In this document: positions 40,927 through 49,896 of the stretch, one piece after another
How positions within the stretch are numbered: position 1 is the first letter of the stretch
How the letters are laid out: the number at the start of each line of letters is the position of its first letter
Assembly (NCBI GenBank): GCA_031291825.1
Contig: JARLIG010000004.1
Location: 22,240 to 86,239, forward strand
Direction: 5' to 3'
Length of the DNA stretch: 64,000 bases
Origin: Minisyncoccota bacterium
GTDB lineage: Bacteria; Patescibacteriota; Minisyncoccia; Phycocordibacterales; UBA9973
The notes under the pieces: model-generated
The model's input: the letters and a program-made list of their open reading frames with translations, nothing else
What the model was told of the DNA's origin: nothing
Database searches by the model: none
Translations under genes and position numbers: made by a program

Positions 40927-41286
40927 CTAATGCATTAATTGATAATTTTTTTCATCCACTTTCCCAAATTTATCTTGAGCTCTTAAGTTGATTATATTAT
41001 ATCCTGTTAGAAGCGCAATTGTCTCGTCAAAGTCTCCTGCTTGGTCTATTGATATTTCTCTTCCGTCCAAGGTCAGATCTACCGCATTTCTGGCAACGCC
41101 TGTTATTTCAATACTATTTGAGGTAATTGTAGCGCCATCTTGTATTGGTGCGCCATTTATTTCCACATTCCTAATTTTTACCCCAAGAATTAAATCTTTA
41201 GAACGAAAGATAGCGTAAATTATTATGAGTAGAAAAAAAATAGAAAGTCCGATTATTTTTACTACCTTTTTTATATTAGTAGTCAT
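40927..41286 (-). CDS. Hypothetical membrane-anchored protein.
   Basis: There is an N-terminal TM helix. It sits between ftsK and recA on the same strand. Confidence 0.35.
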   Translation of the reverse strand: MTTNIKKVVKIIGLSIFFLLIIIYAIFRSKDLILGVKIRNVEINGAPIQDGATITSNSIEITGVARNAVDLTLDGREISIDQAGDFDETIALLTGYNIINLRAQDKFGKVDEKNYQLMH

Positions 41287-43493
41287 ATTACATTCTCCCC
41301 ACTTTCTGTTCTTTCAATTTTTTCTAAAACCTCTCTCGGCTTAGCGCCGTCGCCTGGGCCGATGACTCCACGTTCTTCCAGCACATCCATCAGTCTGGCC
41401 GCCCTCGCATATCCCAGTTTCAATTTTCTTTGTAGGTAAGAAGTCGATGCTTTGCCAGCTTCTATCACACAAGCTCTCGCTTCTTCGTACATCTCATCAT
41501 CGTCTTCGCCGTCTTCGAGCGAAGCTTCAAAAATACTTTTATCGGCTGAGATAGAGCCAGCCGTCAAAGTTATTTCTTCGGACACTTCGTCTTTGTATGC
41601 CTCCGATAAATATTTTACGACTTTCTTTACTTCCGTCTCGGAAATGAACGCGCTCTGGAGTCTTTCTGGCTGAGCTTCGCCGGAGGAATACAGCATGTCG
41701 CCAGCGCCTAGGAGTTTTTCCGCACCGCCAGCATCCAAAATCGTGCGTGAGTCTACTTGCGATGACACCTTGAGGGCGATACGAGCAGGTATGTTTGCTT
41801 TGATGAGTCCAGTAATGACATTTACTTCTGGACGTTGAGTGGATAAGATTAAATGAATACCGACAGCTCGAGACATTTGCGCTAAGCGTACAATTGCAGA
41901 TTCTAGCTCTCTAGGATAACTGCTCATAATATCTGCCAGCTCGTCTATGATGATGACAATATAAGGCATGCGGTCTGCATTTATTTCTTCTTCTACGCCG
42001 TCGCTATTCTTTTTAGTTTTCTTTTGGTTCTTTTCGAAAACATTATTGTGATAAGACTCGATATCTCGCACAGACTCGGCTTCCAAGATATCATAACGGC
42101 GGTCCATTTCTTTTGCCGCCCACTTCAAAGCTAAAATTGTTTTTTTAGCTTCGGTGATGACTGGTGTCAGCAAGTGCGGGATATTGTTATAAAGTGTCAG
42201 CTCGACACGTTTTGGGTCTATCAAAATAAGCTTTAAATCATCGGGACCATTTCGATACAAGAGAGAAGTGACGATGGAGTGAATGGTGACTGATTTTCCA
42301 GAGCCAGTTGTTCCGGCGACTAAGGCATGTGGCATTTTCGCCAAGTTTCCAAAGGTGGCCCGTCCTGAAATATTTCGCCCCAAGGCAATCGTCAGTGGCT
42401 TTGGAGAATTTTGGAATTTTTCATCCCCCAAAAGAGTTGCCAAGCCGACGATTGATTTTGATTTGTTTGGAATCTCAATTCCAACTAAACTTTTTCCAGG
42501 GATTGGCGCTTCGATGCGTATCGGATGCGCCGCTAGTGAAAGCGAGAGGTCATTTTGCAATCCGACGATGCGTGAGAGCTTTACTCCCTCGGCTGGCTTC
42601 AGCGCATAACGGGTGACGGTCGGTCCGACGGTTATCTCGTCCATCTCCACTTCAATACCGAAGTTGGCGAGCGTTCGCTTGATGATGTTTGCATTGGCTT
42701 TAATATCTCCAGTGTTTGGTTTGCCTTTGTCTTCTTCGAGGAGTGAGAGCGGGGGAGGGACATAGGAACTAAGGATATTTTTTCTCTTTCTGATTGGCAT
42801 TTCTTCTTCTTCCACTTTCTCCTCCTTCTTCTTACCTACGCCGAGAGCATTCTTTATTTTTTCCACAGAAGAACTTTGTTCTTCTGTGTCCTGCGTAGCT
42901 TTTAGCGAAGTAGGATTTTCCTCTTCCTCTTCCTCGGCTTCTTTATTCTTAGTATCATCGAGGGATTTCTTTTTGTGAATCATTGACCAAAGTTTTTGCA
43001 AAAATGGTATTGGGTCAAACTTCGCATCAAACATTATTAAAATTGAGATGACCAAGATTGCACCGAGAAAAACGAGGCTGGCATAGATATCAAATAGCGC
43101 GACGAACGGTGTCGATAAAATTTCTCCGCACAGCCCGCCTCCATGATTGCCTGCGCCGGAAGCAATGTCAATAATTCCCAAACTGGAAAGCAGAAACATT
43201 ACTGCACTAATCACACGCCTCCATCCGATGTCTGGCACTTCGGATTTTATAAAGGAGATGCCGAGTAAAATAAAAAGAATTGGCAAAAGAATATAACCAT
43301 AGCCGAAGAGAATATCTAAAAATTCGTAAACATTTTTTCCTGCGACTCCGGCGACGTTAAATATCGACATCGACATCAAGAGAAATATTGCGAGGACAAA
43401 GGAGATGACTGCGATGATTCCGTGTTTAGTTTGAGTTTTTAATCCAGTAGATTTTTTATCATTTTTTTTCTTTCCGTTTTCTTTTTTTGCCAT
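41283..43493 (-). CDS. ftsK: DNA translocase FtsK/SpoIIIE.
   Basis: An N-terminal TM region is present. The motor domain carries Walker A VAGTTGSGKS. The C-terminal gamma (winged-helix) domain is ...TSYLQRKLKLGYARAARLMDVLEERGVIGP. Confidence 0.85.
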   Translation of the reverse strand: MAKKENGKKKNDKKSTGLKTQTKHGIIAVISFVLAIFLLMSMSIFNVAGVAGKNVYEFLDILFGYGYILLPILFILLGISFIKSEVPDIGWRRVISAVMFLLSSLGIIDIASGAGNHGGGLCGEILSTPFVALFDIYASLVFLGAILVISILIMFDAKFDPIPFLQKLWSMIHKKKSLDDTKNKEAEEEEEENPTSLKATQDTEEQSSSVEKIKNALGVGKKKEEKVEEEEMPIRKRKNILSSYVPPPLSLLEEDKGKPNTGDIKANANIIKRTLANFGIEVEMDEITVGPTVTRYALKPAEGVKLSRIVGLQNDLSLSLAAHPIRIEAPIPGKSLVGIEIPNKSKSIVGLATLLGDEKFQNSPKPLTIALGRNISGRATFGNLAKMPHALVAGTTGSGKSVTIHSIVTSLLYRNGPDDLKLILIDPKRVELTLYNNIPHLLTPVITEAKKTILALKWAAKEMDRRYDILEAESVRDIESYHNNVFEKNQKKTKKNSDGVEEEINADRMPYIVIIIDELADIMSSYPRELESAIVRLAQMSRAVGIHLILSTQRPEVNVITGLIKANIPARIALKVSSQVDSRTILDAGGAEKLLGAGDMLYSSGEAQPERLQSAFISETEVKKVVKYLSEAYKDEVSEEITLTAGSISADKSIFEASLEDGEDDDEMYEEARACVIEAGKASTSYLQRKLKLGYARAARLMDVLEERGVIGPGDGAKPREVLEKIERTESGENVI

Positions 43494-43527
43494 ACGAATA
43501 TATTAACACAAAAATTCAATTTATTTT

Positions 43528-43623
43528 AGAGACGTCCAACACCTGCTTTAGCAGATGTTGGACGTCTAGAGATTTAATTTTTCCCAGACGTTGGACATCC
43601 GCAGAGCGGGTGTCCAACGTCTG
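43528..43623. repeat. Two REP-like hairpins: AGACGTCCAACACCTGCTTTAGCAGATGTTGGACGTCT and CCCAGACGTTGGACATCCGCAGAGCGGGTGTCCAACGTCTG.
   Basis: Long imperfect palindromes are seen directly. They lie in the divergent intergenic region upstream of the ftsK start. Confidence 0.8.
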
Positions 43624-43815
43624 AAGCAAGTCATTTTAAAAATTATTCCGGAGATATCTCAAAGCAAAGAAAAAAGAGTTTTTAGAAAGCCTTGCGCAGG
43701 CGGGTAGCCGAGCAGTTCGCTCCGCAAGCTTGCGGAGATAGATTGCTTTATAAAAACCCTTTTTGTCTTTGTCCGAGTAGTTGCATTTTTATCCTGTCCG
43801 ATATATATTGGACAA

Positions 43816-44697
43816 ATGTTTGGAGAAGAAAAAAATCTCAAAGACAGTCAAAAAAGTTCTGAAAAAGACACCTTCTTTATACCGACTCTTTACGGACAAA
43901 CCGGAGCCTTTCATCTCGGCTCTTACACTAAAACTCACAAGCTTATTACCGCGCTTTACATGGTCACAGACATCATAGACAAAGACGAACCACTCAGAAA
44001 TAAATTAAGGACACTTGGCACCGGAATTATATCGGACATGCATTTGGTTCAGCAAAATAATACTGGATATACTATGTCCTTTATCTTCAACAAGGTCTCG
44101 GAAATCATGTATTTCTTGGACATTGCTTCCGCAGTGAATATTATTTCCGAAATGAATTGCAATATCTTGAGAAAAGAATTTTTTGAATTAAACGAAGCTA
44201 TAAAACAATCTATTGATAAAGACGAAATCGCAGACAGGCGTCAGATTGATTTGTCAGAATTTTTCAAAGAAGAAGTTTCTCCTCTCTTTAAGGAAGAAGA
44301 TATCCGACGTCGTACACCTGCTTTAGCAGATGTCCGACGTCAGGTTATTGGACATCATGCTTCCACCAGAATCGGAGTGCAGAAGGGTAGCACTTTAATG
44401 AAAGCTTTGAACGAAAAAATGTCCAAAAGAAATGAGACTAGTCACAATACGAGTGATGTCTTTGATGAACTAAAAAAAGAACGACGAGATAGTATCATAA
44501 GCATCATCAAGACCATCGGCACTGGTGCCACGATAAAGGACATAAAGGACAAAGCACATGCTATGCCTGAACAATTCAAATCCCTCATGTCCGTTAGCGA
44601 AAAAACTCTCCAAAGAGAACTCGTTTCTATGGTTCAAAACGGTGTCCTTAATAAGACTGGAGAAAAGCGCTGGAGCCGCTATTTCATTAAAAATTAG
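43816..44697 (+). CDS. Hypothetical protein with a C-terminal winged-helix-like region. It contains an in-frame REP-like insertion.
   Basis: A palindrome is embedded at 44303-44344 and translates to IRRRTPALADVRRQ. The C-terminus ...TLQRELVSMVQNGVLNKTGEKRWSRY resembles a wHTH domain. Confidence 0.45.
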   Translation: MFGEEKNLKDSQKSSEKDTFFIPTLYGQTGAFHLGSYTKTHKLITALYMVTDIIDKDEPLRNKLRTLGTGIISDMHLVQQNNTGYTMSFIFNKVSEIMYFLDIASAVNIISEMNCNILRKEFFELNEAIKQSIDKDEIADRRQIDLSEFFKEEVSPLFKEEDIRRRTPALADVRRQVIGHHASTRIGVQKGSTLMKALNEKMSKRNETSHNTSDVFDELKKERRDSIISIIKTIGTGATIKDIKDKAHAMPEQFKSLMSVSEKTLQRELVSMVQNGVLNKTGEKRWSRYFIKN

Positions 44698-44709
44698 AGA
44701 CGTTTAAAA

Positions 44710-44752
44710 TCAGACGTTGGACGTCTACTAAAGCAAGACGTACAACGTCTGA
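44710..44752. repeat. REP-like element: TCAGACGTTGGACGTCT...AAGCAAGACGTACAACGTCTGA.
   Basis: It is a sibling of the 37571 copy. It lies directly after the stop of ORF 43816..44697 and probably acts as a terminator. Confidence 0.8.
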
Positions 44753-45314
44753 TTTTTCTCTTTAGGCACCATTTTCTACTTGCAATTCGTATAAAAATAT
44801 GAGAACATATATGCGTGATAACTTTTCTCGCCCTTGAGTCTCTTGGGCGAGTAACTCAAATTTTATAAGCATTTTGCTTAGCAAAATTTGGCGAGTTATC
44901 CACATAATATATTGCTCTATTTTGGAGCTATATATTATAATGTGTTTGTGTCTATAGGAATGCACAAAGTTGTGTTTTCTATATTCGCGAATATTTATTT
45001 TCACCTTAATTATTGTTTGTAATTTCGTCGAAAAAATTGCAAATGATAACCTGGAGAAAATAGATATCCCGACCGAGTCGGGATTATGAAAGGTCATTGA
45101 AAACTAAATATCAATTTTGCTTCTGCATCTAAACGTGCGGATCTAGAATTGTTGTTTTTTGTTTTCAACGTTTGCTTATCTCTGTTCGTTTTTTATTTTT
45201 TCCGCTTCATTATTAAAATTTATTAGTCATTAGCGGCGGATAAAAAACGATAGGAAAAAATACGCTTTTAGTTTTGTCGAAACTAATTAATGGCGTAGAA
45301 ATTAGAAAAAATTT

Positions 45315-48300
45315 ATGAGTAATTTATTTAAATCAAAATTCTTTCTTGGAGTTATGATTGTATCAGTTTTACTCGTAGGAGGTTCTGTTGCTGTTAAGAC
45401 AGCCGCAGCCGCTACGGTAACACCTGCTACTGCAATCACACACACTTTGAAAGTAGGTTCCACATACAAGTCTGAAGTTGCATTACTTCAAACTGATTTG
45501 GGTCTTACTGCTGATGGTAGCTTCGGTCCTAAGACCAAGGCTGCTGTTGAAGCTTGGCAGACAAGCAAGGGTTTAACAGCCGATGGAGTATTTGGTCCTA
45601 AGTCAGCCGCTGCACTTGCAGGTGGTATGACTATGACTTACCCAGCAGGTTGTACTTCAGGTACAGGCTTCAGTTCTACAACTGGTCAACCATGTACTGG
45701 AACAGTCACTACGACTTACCCAGCAGGTTGTACTTCAGCTGTCGGATTCAGTCCTACTACTGGCGCATCATGTGCTACTGGTGTAGTTACTACTCCTCAA
45801 GGAACTGGCCCTCTATCAGTATCATTAGCTACAGACAACCCAGCAGCTGGAAACCTTATCCAAGGTCAAGCTACTGCTGACTTAGCTCACTACGAATTCA
45901 CTGGAACAGGTACACTTACACAGTTGACCTTACATCGAACAGGAATCTCAGATAACTCTGTCTTCCCAAACGTATACCTATACAATGGTAATACTCGTTT
46001 GACAGACTCAGCTTCTGTAAATTCAAGTGGTCAAATCATTTTCAATGGTCTTAACATCGCTGTAAATGGTTCACTTGATCTTTCTGTAAAGGCTGACATT
46101 GTTGGCGGTACTACAACAGAATCAACAGTTCAAGTTACTCTTACCAGTTATATGGTAAGTGGTGGCGCTGCTGCTACTTCTGTAAGTCTCGCTGGTAATT
46201 TGTTTTACGTAAACTCTGGTACAGGTATCCTTTCAACAGTTACTGTTGGAACAAACACTGTAGCTGTTCAAAGTATTTCAGCAGGAACTCAACAGCTTGC
46301 TCTCTGGTCAGCACCAATAAATGTTTCCCTTCACCCAGTATGGTTGAAGAGTGCATCTTTTGATGTTATCGGTTCAGCTCCATCAAATGCATTAGCAAAC
46401 GTTGGTTTGTTTGCAAATGGTGTTCAGGTTGCAACATCAACTGGTATTAACTCAATGGGTTACCTTACCTTTGATTTGTCAGCTGCTCCATTCTCAATGA
46501 CTACTGGCTCTACAACTCTTGAAGTTCGAGCTGACGTTGTAAATGGTTCATCTCGCAATATACAAGTTTCACTTCAACATGCATCTGACCTTATGGTTAC
46601 AGATTCACAAGTTGGCGTAAACATTGCTATTACGAATCTTAGTTCAACAACTTTCTCTATTAACCAAGGCGGTTTGATCACTATTCAGCAAGGTTCTCTT
46701 GTTGCTCAAAGTGATCCTACTTTCAACTCACAGACTAACGTTACTGGTGGCGCATCAAATGTCACTATCGCTAGTTACAAGTTGACTTCTTATGGAGAAG
46801 ACGTAAAAGTTAACACTGTATATGTAACTCCAACCATTTCTGGTAGTCCAGCAGCATGTAGTGCTCTCTCATCAGGTAATGTTGGATTGGAAAATGTTAC
46901 TCTCTACTACAACGGTTCTGCGATTGGCTCAAGTCAACCTGGAACAGTAAGTAGTGGTTGTACATTTAATCAATTGACATTTACTCCGGGTTCTAACCTA
47001 ACCATTTCAGGCGGCACAACTGGTACATTCCAGGTTCATGCTGACCTTATTAATGGTTCAGGTACCCCTCAGTATTCTTCAGGTACAATCGGTGCAACTA
47101 TTGTCGTTCAACAATATCAAGGAATCACTTCTGGACAAGTTAACACTTCTCCTTTGACATTGAGCGGTTCTAATACTCAAACTATTGCAACTGGTTCATT
47201 GTCAATTGCTCAGAATGCAAACTTCTTGAGTCAAACAGTCAATCCAAACAGCTCAGCTGTTCAGATTGGTTCTTTCACTCTTCAAAACCAGAGTACTTCT
47301 GAAGGTGTTGATGTTAATAGTTTGAACGTTGGCTTGTACACAAACAGTGGTTTGGGTACTGTCCTTACAAGTGGTAGCCCTGTTCCAATAACTGACATCT
47401 CAACCTTAACGTTGACTGGCATTACTGGAACTGTTACTCCTGTTGGTCAACCTACTGGATCAAACGTGTTCTCAACAAACTTCACGATTCCTGCAGGTGG
47501 CTCAGTTACTGTTGGCGTAGTTGCTAACGTTGGTTCCACAAACGGAGCTTCATTCGTTACAGCTTTGCAGCCAGTTGCTGTTGGTCATAGTTCACGTGTA
47601 ACTATTACTTCAGCAAATACTGCTGGTCAGACAATAACTCTTGGCGTAGGCGCATTGTCTACTCCAACTCTTGTTGCCAGTGGAGCAACAAATGCTCAAT
47701 TCATTTCAACAGCTGGTGCTGGTGCTCCTAATGCAGCTACAGAAACTTATAACTTCGTTTCTACTTCAGGTTCAGCAAACATTGTTGGTTTGAAGTTCGC
47801 TGCATTGTCTGGTAACTCAGGTACAGCTGGAGCACTTCCAGTTTCTGATTTCGCTGCTCCTACACTTCCTGAAACAGCATTAGTAGTAGGTTCAAACGCT
47901 GCTTCTTTTGCAGCTTGTCCTGTAGCTACCCCTTGTACATTCTTAGTTACTACTAACGGTGTTGTTGGTGGTACTAACGCTGTTGTCACTGGATACTACA
48001 ATGATGCAACTCACTTCAATGTGACTGCAATCACGACTCCAATGGTAGCAGGATGTACAACAACTGGTACATGTACTCCTGGAGTTCCTACAACTATTTA
48101 CCAGCTTGCAACTACTGGCGTAACTGGTGTTGCTCTAAACAGTCCTGGTGTTGCTACAGGTAGTGCTTCCTTCAGTGGAGGTATCGCTTATATCTCATCC
48201 ATCTCTGGTGCAACTCTTGGTACTGGTACAGCTAGTTACATTGCTGTTCCTAATAGTCCTTCCGGTATTACTATTCCTGCATTTATGTCATTCGGACCTG

Positions 48301-49022
48301 TTAACTCTGCTACAAGTGGAGGTGTCGCTTCCGGTACTAATGGACAAATTCTTCTTGAATACGTCCAATACCAGACTGGTAGTAACACATCTTACCTTGC
48401 TCCAGCAGTTCCAGGTACTGTCTTGACTCTTGTTGGTTCAAAGCCAAATATCTCTCTAACCTCTTCAGGTTCTGCTCTTACTAATAGTGCTACTGCATTC
48501 ATTGGTACATTGACAGTTACTGCAGACAATAGTGGTGATATCGCTTTGGATAAACTTCCATTATCTGTTTCTGTAAGCGTAGGTAATGGTGGTACTATCG
48601 GTACTGGCGTAGGTGTAGTTAAACTTACTGACACCAACGGTGTATCTCTTGGTTCCAACTTTACAGCTAACGCTGTATCCAGTGGTGAGTACGCAGAAGT
48701 ATTCGGTTCTGCACTTGCTAACCACTACAGAATTGCAGCTGGTCAATCAAAGACCTTTGAAATTCACGCAGACCTTAGTGGTATTACCACTTTTGGTTCA
48801 AGTGCAACTGTATCTGTTTCCCTTGGTGCTCCTGGTCACTTTGTCTGGGATGATATCAATGGTAACGATATCGCTAACGTATCAACAACTGGTACTGTAA
48901 CTGCAGTCGCTACTCCAACTCTATTCGGAGATGGTGTTAGTGCTCCAAGTTCAGCTTCAGATCTTGCTGCTGGTGGTATCTACAGTTACCCAAGTGGATC
49001 TTCAGCATCAATTCATAACTAA
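45315..49022 (+). CDS. Giant secreted surface protein (1235 aa). It has a signal peptide, two peptidoglycan-binding-like repeats, two Cys-pair mini-motifs and a long T/S/G/V-rich region.
   Basis: The signal peptide is MSNLFKSKFFLGVMIVSVLLVGGSVAV. There are two repeats of the form LxTDLGLTADGxFGPKTKAAVEAWQ. The motif YPAGCTS.(T/V)GFS.TTG..C occurs twice. Confidence 0.6.
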   Translation: MSNLFKSKFFLGVMIVSVLLVGGSVAVKTAAAATVTPATAITHTLKVGSTYKSEVALLQTDLGLTADGSFGPKTKAAVEAWQTSKGLTADGVFGPKSAAALAGGMTMTYPAGCTSGTGFSSTTGQPCTGTVTTTYPAGCTSAVGFSPTTGASCATGVVTTPQGTGPLSVSLATDNPAAGNLIQGQATADLAHYEFTGTGTLTQLTLHRTGISDNSVFPNVYLYNGNTRLTDSASVNSSGQIIFNGLNIAVNGSLDLSVKADIVGGTTTESTVQVTLTSYMVSGGAAATSVSLAGNLFYVNSGTGILSTVTVGTNTVAVQSISAGTQQLALWSAPINVSLHPVWLKSASFDVIGSAPSNALANVGLFANGVQVATSTGINSMGYLTFDLSAAPFSMTTGSTTLEVRADVVNGSSRNIQVSLQHASDLMVTDSQVGVNIAITNLSSTTFSINQGGLITIQQGSLVAQSDPTFNSQTNVTGGASNVTIASYKLTSYGEDVKVNTVYVTPTISGSPAACSALSSGNVGLENVTLYYNGSAIGSSQPGTVSSGCTFNQLTFTPGSNLTISGGTTGTFQVHADLINGSGTPQYSSGTIGATIVVQQYQGITSGQVNTSPLTLSGSNTQTIATGSLSIAQNANFLSQTVNPNSSAVQIGSFTLQNQSTSEGVDVNSLNVGLYTNSGLGTVLTSGSPVPITDISTLTLTGITGTVTPVGQPTGSNVFSTNFTIPAGGSVTVGVVANVGSTNGASFVTALQPVAVGHSSRVTITSANTAGQTITLGVGALSTPTLVASGATNAQFISTAGAGAPNAATETYNFVSTSGSANIVGLKFAALSGNSGTAGALPVSDFAAPTLPETALVVGSNAASFAACPVATPCTFLVTTNGVVGGTNAVVTGYYNDATHFNVTAITTPMVAGCTTTGTCTPGVPTTIYQLATTGVTGVALNSPGVATGSASFSGGIAYISSISGATLGTGTASYIAVPNSPSGITIPAFMSFGPVNSATSGGVASGTNGQILLEYVQYQTGSNTSYLAPAVPGTVLTLVGSKPNISLTSSGSALTNSATAFIGTLTVTADNSGDIALDKLPLSVSVSVGNGGTIGTGVGVVKLTDTNGVSLGSNFTANAVSSGEYAEVFGSALANHYRIAAGQSKTFEIHADLSGITTFGSSATVSVSLGAPGHFVWDDINGNDIANVSTTGTVTAVATPTLFGDGVSAPSSASDLAAGGIYSYPSGSSASIHN

Positions 49023-49067
49023 TAGAAGGTCGAATATTCTATTGGTCTAATCTCTTAAACGAGATTC

Positions 49068-49112
49068 AAAAAACCACTCCTCACGGAGTGGTTTTTTGTT
49101 GCCAATTTTTCC
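49068..49112 (+). terminator. Terminator-like hairpin AAAAACCACTCCTCACGGAGTGGTTTTTTGTTGCCAATTTTTC; this is copy 1 of an identical direct repeat.
   Basis: An identical ~45-nt sequence recurs at 49691-49735. It has a stem-loop plus a T-run. Confidence 0.7.
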
Positions 49113-49229
49113 AATTCACCTCACCCCAACCCCTCTCCAAAAAACTTTCTCCTTTTTGGAGAGGGGAAAAAGGGGAGAGGCAATTTTTGTTTGCATTTTT
49201 TCTTTGCCGTATGTTATAATATTTTGGAA

Positions 49230-49457
49230 ATGATTTATACACAGCATGCTAGAGAAAGGATGAGCTTGAGGGGTATTACGGAAGAAATGGTAAAGAAAGC
49301 CCTACTTGAGCCAGATGTGACTGGTGTGGGTTATCAAGGTAAGAACTTAGTGTTTAAGAAATTTAGTAAAGGGACAATTAAGGTTGTCTTTATAAAGAAA
49401 AAAAGTTCTGAGATTATTATTTCTGTTATTTGGGAATTAATAAATAATAAGAATTAA
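49230..49457 (+). CDS. DUF4258-family small protein (toxin-like partner of DUF2283).
   Basis: The N-terminus is MIYTQHARERMSLRGITEEMV. A TATAAT box lies at 49215-49220. The ORF track start at 49191 is probably too far upstream. Confidence 0.6.
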   Translation: MIYTQHARERMSLRGITEEMVKKALLEPDVTGVGYQGKNLVFKKFSKGTIKVVFIKKKSSEIIISVIWELINNKN

Positions 49458-49462
49458 AAAAT

Positions 49463-49678
49463 ATGAAAATTACTTACGACAAAACAGTGGATGTGCTATA
49501 TCTTTATTTCCAAGATGGTGTTTTTGCGCGCAATAAAGAAGTCGAAGAAGGTATCATTTTAGATATAGGCAAAGGAAATAAAGTTCTTGGTATTGAGATA
49601 CTAAATGCAAGTAAGAAAATAAAACCAAAAAATATGAATTACTTAAATTTTCAAATTCCTGTTGGAATGCCAATATAA
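49463..49678 (+). CDS. DUF2283-family small protein (antitoxin-like partner).
   Basis: The sequence is MKITYDKTVDVLYLYFQDG...GIEILNASKK. It is 71 aa and lies 5 nt downstream of its partner. Confidence 0.6.
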   Translation: MKITYDKTVDVLYLYFQDGVFARNKEVEEGIILDIGKGNKVLGIEILNASKKIKPKNMNYLNFQIPVGMPI

Positions 49679-49690
49679 TTTAATTTCTCT

Positions 49691-49735
49691 AAAAAAACCA
49701 CTCCTCACGGAGTGGTTTTTTGTTGCCAATTTTTC
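49691..49735 (+). terminator. Copy 2 of the identical terminator-like direct repeat.
   Basis: It matches 49068-49112 exactly. Confidence 0.7.
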
Positions 49736-49741
49736 TATTTT

Positions 49742-49816
49742 TGACGTTGGACATCCGCCAAAGGCGGATGTCCAACGTCGGCTCCAGACGTGGAGCGTCT
49801 TGGAGGTTTATCCACA
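49742..49816. repeat. Composite REP-like element with a TTTATCCACA tail: GACGTTGGACATCCGCCAAAGGCGGATGTCCAACGTC + GGCTCCAGACGTGGAGCGTCTTGGAGG + TTTATCCACAG.
   Basis: The same architecture recurs at 51511-51598. Confidence 0.8.
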
Positions 49817-49896
49817 GTGCATATTGTAATATGAAGACATCTGGTTCGGCATATGTGATAATGAAAGAGCTTTATTATTAATATCTTTATAATTTT

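Noticed and set aside
44762-45097. 111-aa ORF on the minus strand in the 550-bp gap upstream of the giant surface protein gene.
   Set aside because: It is an AT-rich non-coding leader containing hairpins and a DnaA-box-like motif. The ORF has no start context, is low-complexity, and overlaps probable promoter elements.
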